The translations under genes were made by a program, and so were the position numbers. Shown piece after piece: positions 1 to 11,067 of a DNA stretch of 64,000 nucleotides. Where the stretch lies: assembly GCF_051903065.1 (NCBI RefSeq), contig NZ_CP178438.1, one strand, 5' to 3'. A model generated the notes under the pieces. The model saw nothing but the letters and a program-made list of their open reading frames with translations. It made no database searches and was not told the origin of the DNA. The stretch comes from Escherichia coli. Lineage in GTDB: Bacteria; Pseudomonadota; Gammaproteobacteria; Enterobacterales; Enterobacteriaceae. Within the stretch, counting starts at the first letter, position 1, and the number at the start of each line of letters is the position of its first letter.

Positions 1-1631
1 GCCGGAACATTGTCACACGGTTGCTCTTTCGGGCAGATCAAATCCAGCATTTTCAGCGTCACGCCATTGGTCCAGCCAAAGCCATCCTGTAATGGATATT
101 CGCCACCGCCGCCCCCCGTTCCGGTGGTGCTGACATCATACTTTTCCACCAGCTTTTTCTCCCGGTCATAGGTGTGCTGAACATTGGTCAGGAATTGCCA
201 GCTAATGTCCATCGCCACCTCTTTTTGCCCGTAGTTTTGTAATCCTTCTGTCGCGACCCACTGCAACGGTGCCCAGCCATTTGGCGCATCCCATTGTTGC
301 CCACTTTTCACCGACGTGGTGTTCAGGCCGCCGGGTTGTAGCAGATGTGTTTTCGTCGCCGTCGCCATTTTGTTGGCGCGATCTTTCGCTGCCGCATTGA
401 CGTATAGTGGGAACAGGGCGGCAGCGGTTAACTGATTGCGCACTTTATGACTTTTCAGGTCGTAATCGGCATACCAGCCTTGTTGATCGTTCCACAGGTA
501 TTTTTCGATCCCTTTTTGACGGGCATTTGCCAGCGTTTCGTACTGGTTTGCCATCGCGTTATCTCCGGCAGCTTTGCTGGCGCGGGCAAGGATTTTTTCC
601 ATTTTGAACATCAGGCTGTTCAGATCGACCGGTACGATGCTGGTGGTGCGTAAGGTATTTAGTTGCTGCGGATTGTCCATCCAGCGCGAGCTGAAATCCC
701 AGCCAGACGCAGCAGCAGAGCGCAGGTCGCGGTAAATTTCAGTGGCAGGTCGATTCGGATTGCTTTTAGCGGTGGCAATATCTTCCACCCATGACTCTGG
801 TCGTGGCGTATCGCGATCGTCCCAGTAGCGGTTGAGAAGGGTACCATCCTGAAGTTTTACAACGCGTTTTTCCTGTTGTCCGGCTTGCAGGTTTTCAACA
901 CCGTCCATCCAGTAAGCATATTCTTTTTGCATTTGCGGCAGGTATTGCTTCAACGCGGCATCGCCTTCATGCTGCGCCAGTAACTCTACCATCAGGGCAA
1001 AGAAGGGCGGCTGCGAGCGGCTTAAATAGTAACTGCGGTTGCCGTTGGGAATATGACCGTAAGTGTCTATTTCATGAGCAAAATTGGCCACCATATCCGC
1101 GACTTTATCCCAGTGACCGCTTTCGGCAAGTCCTAACATGGTGAAGTAACTGTCCCAGTAATATACCTCGCGAAAACGTCCGCCCGGCACGACATAAGGT
1201 TCCGGCAGCGGTAACAGAGAATCCCATTTTTCGGTGTTTTCGGTAGAACGCGTTAATACCGGCCAAAGTCCGTCAATATGTTCGCGCAGTGACTGTCCCT
1301 CTGGCGGAACATATTTCTCGCCCTCTGTCGGCAGGGTGAAATTGACGTTAACGAAATGGCGCAGATCAAATCCGCTCTGGTTTTGCTGCATCCGATAATC
1401 AGCAAGGATCATCAGCGGATCGCTGTTCGGCACGGCATCGGCAAAGGTTTTTTGGTCCGGAAAAAGTTTGGCGTTTTGCACATCATTAAACAGCGGCCCT
1501 AATAAAATATCAGGCGGCTGTGGCGTTACCGGTGTTTCTTCTGCCTGCACCGATAGCGCAGCGAAACACAAAAAGATGCAGGCTGGAATTAACGCCATTT
1601 TTTGCGGGCGAGAAGGTGCGGGGGATTTCAT
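1..1631 (-). CDS. treA: periplasmic trehalase TreA; 3' end of the gene lies beyond the window start
   Basis: Minus-strand frame opens at ATG 1629-1631 and translates [30 protein letters not shown] (signal peptide), staying open to position 1. C-terminal region seen at window start (..[32 protein letters not shown]). Not in ORF track because it is truncated. Confidence 0.9.
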   Translation of the reverse strand, partial: MKSPAPSRPQKMALIPACIFLCFAALSVQAEETPVTPQPPDILLGPLFNDVQNAKLFPDQKTFADAVPNSDPLMILADYRMQQNQSGFDLRHFVNVNFTLPTEGEKYVPPEGQSLREHIDGLWPVLTRSTENTEKWDSLLPLPEPYVVPGGRFREVYYWDSYFTMLGLAESGHWDKVADMVANFAHEIDTYGHIPNGNRSYYLSRSQPPFFALMVELLAQHEGDAALKQYLPQMQKEYAYWMDGVENLQAGQQEKRVVKLQDGTLLNRYWDDRDTPRPESWVEDIATAKSNPNRPATEIYRDLRSAAASGWDFSSRWMDNPQQLNTLRTTSIVPVDLNSLMFKMEKILARASKAAGDNAMANQYETLANARQKGIEKYLWNDQQGWYADYDLKSHKVRNQLTAAALFPLYVNAAAKDRANKMATATKTHLLQPGGLNTTSVKSGQQWDAPNGWAPLQWVATEGLQNYGQKEVAMDISWQFLTNVQHTYDREKKLVEKYDVSTTGTGGGGGEYPLQDGFGWTNGVTLKMLDLICPKEQPCDNVP

Positions 1632-1951
1632 CAATCATTCTCCTTAGGCGAAACCGAATAAAACGGTATTCAAGTATCAGAAAACCTTAGTTCAGGATCG
1701 CACTAGCTGCATGATCGAAATCTCATTCTGCGAACTGTCAGGCATTTTAGAAAAGGGAATTAAAGGGATAAATAACGGCGAAATAGAGTGATCAAATAAC
1801 GTCTGTTTATTAGCCAGCCAGCGGCGTTTGGTTCGCGATTAGCGAAGAAAAAGTCATCATAAATTGGTGAAAAATATAACAGGTAGTTAAAAAACATTAG
1901 TGCTGAGTAAATTGCCGGATGACATCAGAACGATGCCATCCGAACGGTGGC

Positions 1952-3370
1952 TTAACCCTGACGGTTGAAACGTTGCGTTTTAACGTCCAGCGTTAGCTTT
2001 TCTTCTGGTTGTATCGCATACAGTTTCTCACCCTGCTGGCAAATCCAGCCAATCCCCAGTTCACGGGCGATCAGGGCGCTGTGGGATACCGGACTTCCGG
2101 CGCTAAGGCAGATACCTTTTACAACCGCCGGATCCAGTTGCAGTACTGTGGAAGGATAAATGTTCTCCGCCAGTAGAATAGTTGGCGAGTTAAACTGCGG
2201 GAGTTCTTCTTTCGTTTGGGTCAGGTGGACCAGGGCGCGATGCAGAAGATCGTCCACATCAATATAGCGAGCTTGTAGATATTCATCATCCAGTTGCTGG
2301 TATTGCTGGCTAAGTTCTTTAAGAACTTGCTGCCAGGCATATTCTGCCGTGCAATGTTCGTGCTGAAGGAGTTCGCTTGCCGCCGCCAGCAGTTCCGGAT
2401 CATCTAACAGTGTATGGTGACCAGAAAAGATTGCGGCAATATCGTCAAGCCCGCTGGCTTCTGCTTTCGCTGTTAACGTCATCAGATCTAATAACGTGAA
2501 GTCAATGGCCTGGCGTAATCGATCTTGTTCCTCTTCCACGGTCAGGGTTGATTTGGCCTGTACCGTACATAAAACCGGTTGATAATAAAAGGCTTTACCC
2601 GAAACAGGCGGAACGGGACGCAGAGTAGGTGGAGCAACTTCCTCAGTTTCACCAAAGTTATCTTCAGCCAGCTGACGGAAAGCGATCAGTGCCTCTTCAG
2701 CTTCTGGCCCTTTCGCAATCAGGCGCAGCGTATCGTTATAGCGAACTTGTAGTAACGCAATCTGGTTAATACTCTCCGGTGTGACGCATTTGCCGTTTTT
2801 CTCCAGCAACATATCGGCATTAAATGTCGATAAGGTATAAACCAGCCGGGAGGCTGGACGTACATGCAGGCCGTTACGGTTCTTTATGACCACCGCCAGA
2901 GAACGGGCTTCTTCATCGTACGGAGGACATGTGTCAGAGATTTCAGTGTCGGAGGACGGTAAACCCAGTTGTTCACGTTTGGCTTCCAGCGCATGCATGG
3001 CGTCAAAGATAACTTTGTCGATATCCGCCCCCGAGGCCGCGCTGACCGTTGCTGCCAGTGTACCTTCGACCAACGGCGCAGCACACAAACGTACTTTTGC
3101 GGCGATCTCGGGAGCCAGCAATTCCAGCGCAGTTTCAGCACTCAATAATGCGCTACCCATATCCATCATGACCAGCACATGGTCGGCATCGGCAACAGAT
3201 TCTATGGCCTCCATCACTTTGACGGCATCGGTACCAATGGGATTTTGTGGATCGTCAATTCCCGCAGCAATGGCGATTTTACAATTATCACTCATTAACA
3301 TCTGACGGGCTAATTCACCGACACCTTCTCCCAGTCGGCTGCTATGTGAAACTATGACCAGGTTTACCAT
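1952..3370 (-). CDS. dhaM: dihydroxyacetone kinase phosphotransferase subunit DhaM (EIIA-HPr-EI-like multidomain)
   Basis: ORF 1952..3376; trimmed to the start matching the recognised N-terminus MVNLVIVSHSS (472 aa). Confidence 0.93.
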   Translation of the reverse strand: MVNLVIVSHSSRLGEGVGELARQMLMSDNCKIAIAAGIDDPQNPIGTDAVKVMEAIESVADADHVLVMMDMGSALLSAETALELLAPEIAAKVRLCAAPLVEGTLAATVSAASGADIDKVIFDAMHALEAKREQLGLPSSDTEISDTCPPYDEEARSLAVVIKNRNGLHVRPASRLVYTLSTFNADMLLEKNGKCVTPESINQIALLQVRYNDTLRLIAKGPEAEEALIAFRQLAEDNFGETEEVAPPTLRPVPPVSGKAFYYQPVLCTVQAKSTLTVEEEQDRLRQAIDFTLLDLMTLTAKAEASGLDDIAAIFSGHHTLLDDPELLAAASELLQHEHCTAEYAWQQVLKELSQQYQQLDDEYLQARYIDVDDLLHRALVHLTQTKEELPQFNSPTILLAENIYPSTVLQLDPAVVKGICLSAGSPVSHSALIARELGIGWICQQGEKLYAIQPEEKLTLDVKTQRFNRQG

Positions 3371-3380
3371 CACCAATTCC

Positions 3381-4013
3381 TTACTCTTTTGCGGCTAACG
3401 CCAACATTTGCATCATAAACATCACCGAGGTCGCGCCGGGATCCTGGTGACCAATACTGCGTTCACCGAGATAACTGGCGCGGCCTTTGCGGGCTTGCAT
3501 CGTAATCGTACTTTGTGCAGCGGATTCGGCGATGCTACTGGCAGCTTCGAGCGCCGCCGGAACAGAGAGATTTTGCTCGCTGGACTGACGTAACGATTCC
3601 ACCACCGGCACCCACACATCACACATGGTTTTATCGCCAGGTTCGGCTTTCCCGCGACTGATTACGCCGTCCGCGCCATCGCGGAACATCTGATAAAGCT
3701 CTTCCAGCGTCAGGCTTTGCCGTGCCTGGGTCGCCTGTGCGGCGCGGATAAAGAAGGTACCGAACAGCGGACCACTGGCACCACCGACGCTGGAAAGCAG
3801 CGTCATACCGGTATTCTTGAGAATGAAACCGATATCTTTATCTGCGATAGCAGGGAGTTTTTCCACCACTTTGCTAAAGCCTCGGTTCATATTTAGCCCG
3901 TGGTCAGCGTCGCCAATCTCGCGATCCAGTCCGGTAAGATACTCGCTCTCGGTGTTGAAAATATCGCCACAACGAGTGAGCCAGTTAACAATTTGAGTTC
4001 TGCTCAGTGACAT
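3381..4013 (-). CDS. dhaL: dihydroxyacetone kinase ADP-binding subunit DhaL
   Basis: ORF 3381..4091; trimmed to internal Met giving MSLSRTQIVNWLTRCGDIF (210 aa); 10-nt gaps to dhaK and dhaM suggest an operon. Confidence 0.92.
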   Translation of the reverse strand: MSLSRTQIVNWLTRCGDIFNTESEYLTGLDREIGDADHGLNMNRGFSKVVEKLPAIADKDIGFILKNTGMTLLSSVGGASGPLFGTFFIRAAQATQARQSLTLEELYQMFRDGADGVISRGKAEPGDKTMCDVWVPVVESLRQSSEQNLSVPAALEAASSIAESAAQSTITMQARKGRASYLGERSIGHQDPGATSVMFMMQMLALAAKE

Positions 4014-4023
4014 TGCTTTCTCC

Positions 4024-5094
4024 TTATTTACCCCAGTTAAGGGCCGGGGTGTGGACCGGGGCGTCCCAGAGTGCCAGCGTTTCGTCATCAACTTTCAGTA
4101 AGGTGATTGAGAAACCGGTCATATCCAGTGAGGTGCAGTACGCGCCAATTAAATTACGTTCGATAGTCAATCCCGCTTGCTGGCAACGTGTGGTCAGGCG
4201 GTTATAGACGCCGTACAGCTCAGAAAGCGGAGTTGCGCCAAGATTGTTAACCAGTGCAATCACCCGATCGCCAGACTGGAGCGGTTGTTTGGTTTGTGGT
4301 TCTTCCTGCCAGCTGCCTTGTTGATAATCCCAGAAACGCAAAGTGCGATGGTATGAGCCATTTTCCAGCAGGGTGTCGAACATTTCATCGACGGTTTGAT
4401 CAAGGGAAGAGAAGGGGCGGCGGTCAATACCCGGCTCACCATGAATGCCGACGCCAAACTCCATCTCATTATCCGCCAGGGTAAAAGAAGGTTTGCCCGC
4501 GGCAGGAACGGTACAGGCATCGAGAGCGATACCTATTGAGTGGCCTTGATTATTCAACTTACGCCCCAGTTCCGCACAGGCGTCCAGTGAGTCGCCACGC
4601 TCCGCCGCTGCGCCTACGAGTTTTTCAATTAATACGGTGTTGGCAACGCCGCGCCGCCCGGCGGTATAAAGACTGTCTTTTACTGCAACGTCGTCATCAA
4701 TGACCACAGTGGTCACTTTTACGCCGCTATCGTGCAGTAACTCGGTCGCTGTTTCAAAGTTAAGAATATCGCCGGTGTAATTTTTGATAATCAACAGTAC
4801 ACCTTCGCCGCCATCAACTTGCATGGCGCATTCAAAGATTTTATCGGGCGTCGGTGAGGTGAAAATTTCGCCCGGACAGGCCCCCGAAAGCATCCCCTGA
4901 CCGATATAACCACAGTGCATCGGCTCGTGTCCGCTGCCGCCACCCGACAGCAGGGCGACTTTTCCTGCAACAGGGGCATCAGCTCGGGTGACATACACCG
5001 GATCCTGATGCAGTGTCAGCGATGGATGCGCTTTCGCCAGTCCTGCCAGTTGTTCGTCCAGTACGTCTTGCACATCATTGATCAATTTTTTCAT
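4024..5094 (-). CDS. dhaK: dihydroxyacetone kinase DHA-binding subunit DhaK
   Basis: ORF 4024..5124; trimmed to MKKLINDVQDVLDEQLAGLAKAH (356 aa); Dak1 family. Confidence 0.93.
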   Translation of the reverse strand: MKKLINDVQDVLDEQLAGLAKAHPSLTLHQDPVYVTRADAPVAGKVALLSGGGSGHEPMHCGYIGQGMLSGACPGEIFTSPTPDKIFECAMQVDGGEGVLLIIKNYTGDILNFETATELLHDSGVKVTTVVIDDDVAVKDSLYTAGRRGVANTVLIEKLVGAAAERGDSLDACAELGRKLNNQGHSIGIALDACTVPAAGKPSFTLADNEMEFGVGIHGEPGIDRRPFSSLDQTVDEMFDTLLENGSYHRTLRFWDYQQGSWQEEPQTKQPLQSGDRVIALVNNLGATPLSELYGVYNRLTTRCQQAGLTIERNLIGAYCTSLDMTGFSITLLKVDDETLALWDAPVHTPALNWGK

Positions 5095-5209
5095 TATTTT
5101 GCTCCAGCAATTACGGTAGGGCATGGATGATGTTCAACGACACGGCGACCACTGACTGCCGATGAATCCATTGTGCATCAGGCAAGGGAAAAGAAAATTA
5201 GCCCAAATT

Positions 5210-5228
5210 ATGTTTCATAGTGAAACAT
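5210..5228. promoter_or_regulatory. perfect palindrome ATGTTTCA-TAG-TGAAACAT in the dhaK/dhaR divergent promoter region; candidate DhaR operator
   Basis: 8-bp arms with 3-bp spacer read directly; a related imperfect repeat TGTTCCATATTGAAAC lies at 5242-5257. Confidence 0.35.
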
Positions 5229-5321
5229 ATGCTTTAATGAATGTTCCATATTGAAACTTTTACGTGTATTAATACTTAAAATTGCGAGCCGGAACACCTT
5301 TTGTCATAAGGGATGCGGGAT

Positions 5322-7241
5322 ATGAGTGGCGCTTTTAACAACGATGGTCGGGGCATATCTCCCTTAATTGCAACCTCCTGGGAGCGATGCAATAAGCTGA
5401 TGAAACGGGAGACATGGAACGTACCACATCAGGCCCAGGGCGTGACATTTGCTTCTATTTATCGGCGTAAGAAAGCGATGCTGACGCTCGGGCAGGCTGC
5501 GCTGGAAGATGCCTGGGAATATATGGCACCGCGAGAGTGTGCGCTGTTTATTCTCGATGAAACCGCCTGCATTCTCAGCCGTAATGGCGATCCGCAAACC
5601 TTGCAGCAGCTAAGTGCACTGGGATTCAATGACGGCACGTATTGCGCCGAGGGAATTATTGGTACTTGTGCGCTATCGTTAGCGGCTATCTCTGGTCAGG
5701 CCGTGAAAACGATGGCCGATCAGCATTTCAAACAGGCACTCTGGAACTGGGCCTTTTGCGCAACGCCGTTGTTTGACAGCAAGGGCCGATTGACGGGAAC
5801 AATAGCGCTGGCGTGTCCGGTTGAGCAAACTACCGCAGCTGATTTGCCGTTGACGTTGGCAATCGCCCGCGAGGTCGGTAATTTACTGCTGACGGACAGT
5901 TTGCTCGCTGAAACTAACCGTCATTTAAATCAACTTAATGCCCTGTTAGAAAGTATGGATGATGGCGTGATTAGCTGGGACGAGCAGGGTAATTTGCAAT
6001 TTATTAATGCCCAGGCGGCGCGGGTCTTGCGCCTTGACGCGACGGCAAGTCAGGGACGGGCAATCACTGAACTCTTAACGTTACCCGCCGTATTGCAACA
6101 AGCAATAAAACAGGCACATCCGCTCAAACACGTAGAAGCAACCTTTGAAAGCCAGCACCAGTTTATTGATGCGGTGATAACCCTTAAACCGATAATAGAA
6201 ACGCAGGGAACCAGCTTTATTTTGTTGCTCCATCCTGTGGAACAGATGCGGCAGTTAATGACCAGTCAATTAGGAAAAGTCAGCCATACCTTCGCTCATA
6301 TGCCACAGGACGATCCGCAAACCCGCCGCTTGATTCATTTTGGTCGCCAGGCGGCGCGCAGTAGCTTTCCTGTCCTGCTTTGTGGAGAAGAGGGCGTGGG
6401 CAAGGCACTGCTAAGTCAGGCAATTCATAATGAAAGCGAGCGTGCTGCAGGTCCTTATATCGCCGTCAATTGTGAGTTATATGGTGATGCGGCACTGGCG
6501 GAAGAATTTATTGGCGGCGATCGCACGGACAATGAAAATGGCCGTCTGAGTCGGCTGGAACTGGCGCACGGCGGCACGCTGTTTCTTGAAAAGATTGAAT
6601 ATCTGGCGGTGGAGTTACAGTCTGCTTTGCTTCAGGTTATCAAGCAGGGTGTTATCACGCGACTGGATGCGCGGCGTTTAATACCAATTGATGTCAAAGT
6701 GATTGCCACAACGACCGCGGACCTCGCAATGCTGGTGGAACAAAATCGTTTTAGTCGCCAGCTGTATTACGCGCTGCATGCATTTGAAATTACCATCCCG
6801 CCTCTGCGTATGCGGCGTGGCAGCATTCCGGCTCTGGTGAATAACAAATTACGCAGTCTTGAAAAACGCTTCTCTACGCGGCTGAAAATTGATGACGATG
6901 CCCTCGCTCGCCTGGTTTCCTGTGCATGGCCTGGCAACGATTTTGAACTTTACAGCGTCATCGAGAATCTTGCTCTGAGTAGTGATAATGGGCGCATTCG
7001 CGTCAGTGATTTGCCGGAACATCTGTTTACCGAGCAGGCAACAGATGATGTCAGCGCCACACGCCTTTCCACCAGTCTGTCATTTGCGGAAGTTGAAAAA
7101 GAGGCAATTATTAACGCAGCCCAGGTCACAGGCGGTCGCATTCAGGAAATGTCGGCTTTACTTGGAATCGGCCGCACTACGCTGTGGCGGAAAATGAAGC
7201 AACATGGCATTGATGCAGGGCAGTTTAAGCGCCGGGTATGA
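5322..7241 (+). CDS. dhaR: transcriptional regulator DhaR (enhancer-binding-protein family, C-terminal HTH)
   Basis: ORF 5313..7241; start moved to MSGAFNNDGRG (639 aa); divergent from dhaKLM. Confidence 0.92.
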   Translation: MSGAFNNDGRGISPLIATSWERCNKLMKRETWNVPHQAQGVTFASIYRRKKAMLTLGQAALEDAWEYMAPRECALFILDETACILSRNGDPQTLQQLSALGFNDGTYCAEGIIGTCALSLAAISGQAVKTMADQHFKQALWNWAFCATPLFDSKGRLTGTIALACPVEQTTAADLPLTLAIAREVGNLLLTDSLLAETNRHLNQLNALLESMDDGVISWDEQGNLQFINAQAARVLRLDATASQGRAITELLTLPAVLQQAIKQAHPLKHVEATFESQHQFIDAVITLKPIIETQGTSFILLLHPVEQMRQLMTSQLGKVSHTFAHMPQDDPQTRRLIHFGRQAARSSFPVLLCGEEGVGKALLSQAIHNESERAAGPYIAVNCELYGDAALAEEFIGGDRTDNENGRLSRLELAHGGTLFLEKIEYLAVELQSALLQVIKQGVITRLDARRLIPIDVKVIATTTADLAMLVEQNRFSRQLYYALHAFEITIPPLRMRRGSIPALVNNKLRSLEKRFSTRLKIDDDALARLVSCAWPGNDFELYSVIENLALSSDNGRIRVSDLPEHLFTEQATDDVSATRLSTSLSFAEVEKEAIINAAQVTGGRIQEMSALLGIGRTTLWRKMKQHGIDAGQFKRRV

Positions 7242-7340
7242 AAGACAGAAACGATTTCTGATACATCAGAGTGATCTGTATTTCATTCCGGCGCACGCTA
7301 ACATTTTTCAGCATCGTTTAAGGGCTTGTCTATCCCGCAC

Positions 7341-10226
7341 TTAAAAGCTGAAGCGATATCCTCCGTTGACTTGCTTCTGATCAAAGAGGTTACCCTGCGT
7401 GTAATCCGCTTCGAGGTAGAATGTGTGCTGTTTGTTATACTGTGCACTGACTCCCACGCCGTTATTCCAGCCATTACCTTTGAAACTGTACTTCTCCCGG
7501 GAGTTATTCAACTGATATTCTGTATCCCCTGAAAACTCGCGGATAGCGGCAGTCTTCACATACATATTCAGCTGGCTGTTGCCTGCGGTGATGTCATATC
7601 CCAGTATCATGCTGGCACGCCCCAGCAGCGATTCGTAGTGATTCAGATGTATATTGAGACCATTGCTCGCCTTCATAGCCATCTCATTCTGGTGGCTGTA
7701 TGTGAGCTGGGTTTGCGGCTCTATATAGAACCCATAACCAGTAGGGGTCAGGTTGAACCTCTGCCCGGCTTCCAGGGAGATGCTCAATCCATTCGCAGTG
7801 CCGTTGGCGTTAACGCCGTTGTTCTGACTGTCACGTACGTGGAAACTATTTTTCTGGCGCGATGCTTTTACAACGAGATCGCTGTAAAAACCGCTGTGTG
7901 CCATGTAACTGGCGTACATTCCCATGTAGTCTGAACGTGCGGTACCGTCGCCTCCACTATAGTCCGGCGATGCATGTGTTGAGCCAATATACAGACCGAC
8001 ATACAACGGCATTTCATCAGAGAGACGTTTATCCCCACCAAACTGGATACCGCTGTAACCCATGTCAAAGCCGCTCAGTTTGCCACTGGCGAAGGAGTCC
8101 AGGCTTCCCCCATAACTGCGCAGCCAGATATTACCGTCTTTACTCTGATTTCGCAGGTCACCCATTCGTTGCATCAGCGTACGGTTTTCAACATAGTTTA
8201 ATAAGTAACCGACATTGAGATAATTGCCGCCAGCATCTGCGGTCGTGGTGGGTTTAGGTGTGGGAGTGGGGTTAGGCGTAGGATCGGGTTCAGGCGTAGG
8301 ATCGGGGTTGACTATGGGAGGCTGAGCGGGAGCTGGTGTTGGTTCAGGATTAGGAGTCGGTTCCGGAACTGTCCCGGAAGCGTAAAGCTCCCAGTTAGTG
8401 CCATTTTTACGCACATCGTACAGATATCCCCCCAACTCAACCTGAGAAGACGCGCTGAACGAGGCCGCACCGTCAGTGGTTTTTACCACTGTCAGAACTT
8501 CATTTCCCGTTGTGGCCTCGCTGCCCTGGTTGCGGATAGCCAATACGTGATTACCAGCACTACTCCCGCTGATATTCAATAAATCCCCTTTATTATTAAC
8601 GCCATTACCCTCGCCAACAACATCAGCACGCATAATAAAGGTACTGTTACCGCTCAGGTTCTCTACGTTTAATGTGGTAAATGTGCCGGCAGTTGACCCG
8701 TGGCTGGCAAAATCGACAGTTGAATGGCTCAGCGCCAGTGTGTCGAGATTAGAATTACTTGTTACGTTCCAGACGCTGTTATTCATTGCAACGTCCAGTT
8801 TCCCGTCATTGACATTATCGCTAAGGGAGGAACCTGTCCAAACCGACCCAGAGTGCATATCCAGATTGATTAGCCCACCTTTGGAAAGAACGCTACCGTT
8901 GATAAGCATACGACCCGAGGCGTTGATGCGGCTGGCGGCATAACCATCGTCATGTTGCGTTGCGATGGCCATCTGGTCGGGTGTACTCATATCAATGACC
9001 AGATCGCTCGTGAGGTCGATCTGGCTGTTGGTCATGGCATAAATCCCCCTGGCTCCTGCCGCGCCGGTGATAGCCAAACTGTCTCCGGTTATTCTACCGC
9101 CGCTGAGTGCCCACAAACCCAGCGCCAGACTGCCATTACGATCAACCGTAATATCCGTATTTTGCATGTTGATAACAGCCGTTGCCGTCTGGGCCGAGGC
9201 ACCATAAGAACCGCCGGAAAAGATGCTGTTTCGTTGCGCTGCCGTGCCAGAAAAATTGATTGTCGCGTCTGAACCACTGGTGACGAGGCCACCGCCCTGC
9301 GCGGAAGAAATATGGCTATCTGCACCGATAGTGGTTGTACCACCACGAACTTCGACGCCATTGGCCGCGGCTCCAGTTACATCAACAGTGAGTGCATTCG
9401 CGCTAACCTGGCCAAAGCTCCAGAGGCCGTGAGCATTATCGCCATTGGTTTTAATGGTACTGTTTGTTCCGAGATCGACAACAGAGTTTTTCTGTACGTT
9501 TATCCCCATGGCGCTGTAGCCCTGAACATCGATTGTCAGGTCTGTCGCCGTAAAACGCGCAGGACCATTGGCGTTATTGCCGTTGAGACCACCGATATAA
9601 ACACCTGTACTTCCATCGGTCTTGATTTTACTTCCGCTTCCAAGATCGACACTGGTGCCATAGTCATTGATGGTTAGGCCTATACCGTTCGAGTTTTCAA
9701 TGGTGAATTGAGTGGCTGTTAGTGTTGAGCTATGCCCAATAATGATGCCGTCATCGTTACTCTTAATGGTGCTGCCTGTGCCTAAGTCAGCATGGGTATA
9801 GTCACCAATTAAATTAATGCCGATGGCAGAGGTTTGACCAACAACATCTACTGTGAGTCGGTTAGCTGTCAGGGAGCTTTTTTTGCCCTGAATAATGATT
9901 CCTTTTGCATATCCAGAGGCGTCGTTGACATTGACGGTGACATCATTACCCAGGTTGATATTGCCAGGCGTGTTTCCTGCTGGGGTCATTACACCATAGA
10001 GGTTTCCTGATGGATCGGCGGTATCTCCTGTAATTCTGTCACCATCATTAATAGTAATATTGGTGCCATATTGACTTCCTGTATCAGCAGCTATCAGCAG
10101 GGGGGAAAAGATAATTGCATTCAAACCAATAGCGCCAAATTTTATCAGTTGAATTGAGGGCGAACGGATTTTTAATTCAGCGAGACGATCGGCTTTGGTA
10201 TTCCCATTGTGTTGTTTGATGCCCAT
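7341..10226 (-). CDS. ycgV: autotransporter adhesin YcgV (passenger repeats, Pro/Thr-rich linker, C-terminal beta-barrel)
   Basis: 961-aa ORF with Gly/Thr/Ser/Asn-rich repetitive passenger region, linker PEPTPNPEPTPAPAQPPIVNPDPTPEPDPTPNPTPTPKPTT and C-terminal ..GGYRFSF. Exact start codon uncertain. Confidence 0.85.
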   Translation of the reverse strand: MGIKQHNGNTKADRLAELKIRSPSIQLIKFGAIGLNAIIFSPLLIAADTGSQYGTNITINDGDRITGDTADPSGNLYGVMTPAGNTPGNINLGNDVTVNVNDASGYAKGIIIQGKKSSLTANRLTVDVVGQTSAIGINLIGDYTHADLGTGSTIKSNDDGIIIGHSSTLTATQFTIENSNGIGLTINDYGTSVDLGSGSKIKTDGSTGVYIGGLNGNNANGPARFTATDLTIDVQGYSAMGINVQKNSVVDLGTNSTIKTNGDNAHGLWSFGQVSANALTVDVTGAAANGVEVRGGTTTIGADSHISSAQGGGLVTSGSDATINFSGTAAQRNSIFSGGSYGASAQTATAVINMQNTDITVDRNGSLALGLWALSGGRITGDSLAITGAAGARGIYAMTNSQIDLTSDLVIDMSTPDQMAIATQHDDGYAASRINASGRMLINGSVLSKGGLINLDMHSGSVWTGSSLSDNVNDGKLDVAMNNSVWNVTSNSNLDTLALSHSTVDFASHGSTAGTFTTLNVENLSGNSTFIMRADVVGEGNGVNNKGDLLNISGSSAGNHVLAIRNQGSEATTGNEVLTVVKTTDGAASFSASSQVELGGYLYDVRKNGTNWELYASGTVPEPTPNPEPTPAPAQPPIVNPDPTPEPDPTPNPTPTPKPTTTADAGGNYLNVGYLLNYVENRTLMQRMGDLRNQSKDGNIWLRSYGGSLDSFASGKLSGFDMGYSGIQFGGDKRLSDEMPLYVGLYIGSTHASPDYSGGDGTARSDYMGMYASYMAHSGFYSDLVVKASRQKNSFHVRDSQNNGVNANGTANGLSISLEAGQRFNLTPTGYGFYIEPQTQLTYSHQNEMAMKASNGLNIHLNHYESLLGRASMILGYDITAGNSQLNMYVKTAAIREFSGDTEYQLNNSREKYSFKGNGWNNGVGVSAQYNKQHTFYLEADYTQGNLFDQKQVNGGYRFSF

Positions 10227-10983
10227 ACCACTCCTATATAGTACCCAGGCTATGGGTCTATGGATTTTGTCATTTTGTTTAAGTCAATGAATAATATCCT
10301 CTTATCATCATGATATTTGTATGGTGCAATCATGATGAGCTTCTCTGAGAATAATTCTCTATTACCGGGCAAAATCAGGAACACAGGAATTAATATATAT
10401 TTAACATCCCCCTTACAAAGGTGAGTTTAGATCAAGTTATTCCCTAAGTTGTCGTTACTTATTCCAATTCGTTACTATGAATATGACAAAAACATTACAC
10501 CAAACAGCGGTTAAATAATTTGGTAATATTTTTGGTAATAATCCTAATTAGTTATGGAATTTTCGCTCGATGTATCTGCATAACAAAAACAATATGCGCC
10601 ATTTTTGCATTACTAATAAGAAAAAGCAAAAAACATCGATATTCATTTTTGATCAATGATTTTTCTGGCATATCGTTATTATCGTGCTATTGGTTATCAT
10701 TTTCATCTTGCCAGGATCGCACGTAATCTCATTATTCGGGGACTTTATCTGCGGGATATTACCCTTCAGGTAAGTCCTTTTCTCGCCAGCATATTGGAGC
10801 GTGATCAATATTGATCGGCTGTGAAGGGGGTGATGTGTAGTGGAACAAAAACTGACGTTATATCACTACTAATGAGATATCCGTCATCTGAACACTGATG
10901 TCTTTAATTATTCTGGTGGTTCACTGTAGGCAATAAGCACAAAAGTGTAGGATGTTACAAGAATGATTAGGACTCGGTGAAAT

Positions 10984-11011
10984 GAAAAATCCACGCAATT
11001 GCGTGGATTTT
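10984..11011 (-). terminator. intrinsic terminator downstream of ychF
   Basis: Perfect hairpin AAAATCCACGCAATTGCGTGGATTTT, followed by a U-run on the minus strand. Confidence 0.6.
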
Positions 11012-11067
11012 ATATACTTTTGCGCTCTTCATGAGATTTAGCGAAACCTCATGAGACAACAAATTAA

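Noticed and set aside
10520-10726. 68-aa hydrophobic ORF in the AT-rich region upstream of ycgV
   Set aside because: TTG-initiated, no SD, and composition driven by AT-rich DNA (Ile/Leu/Phe/Lys codons); most likely spurious.
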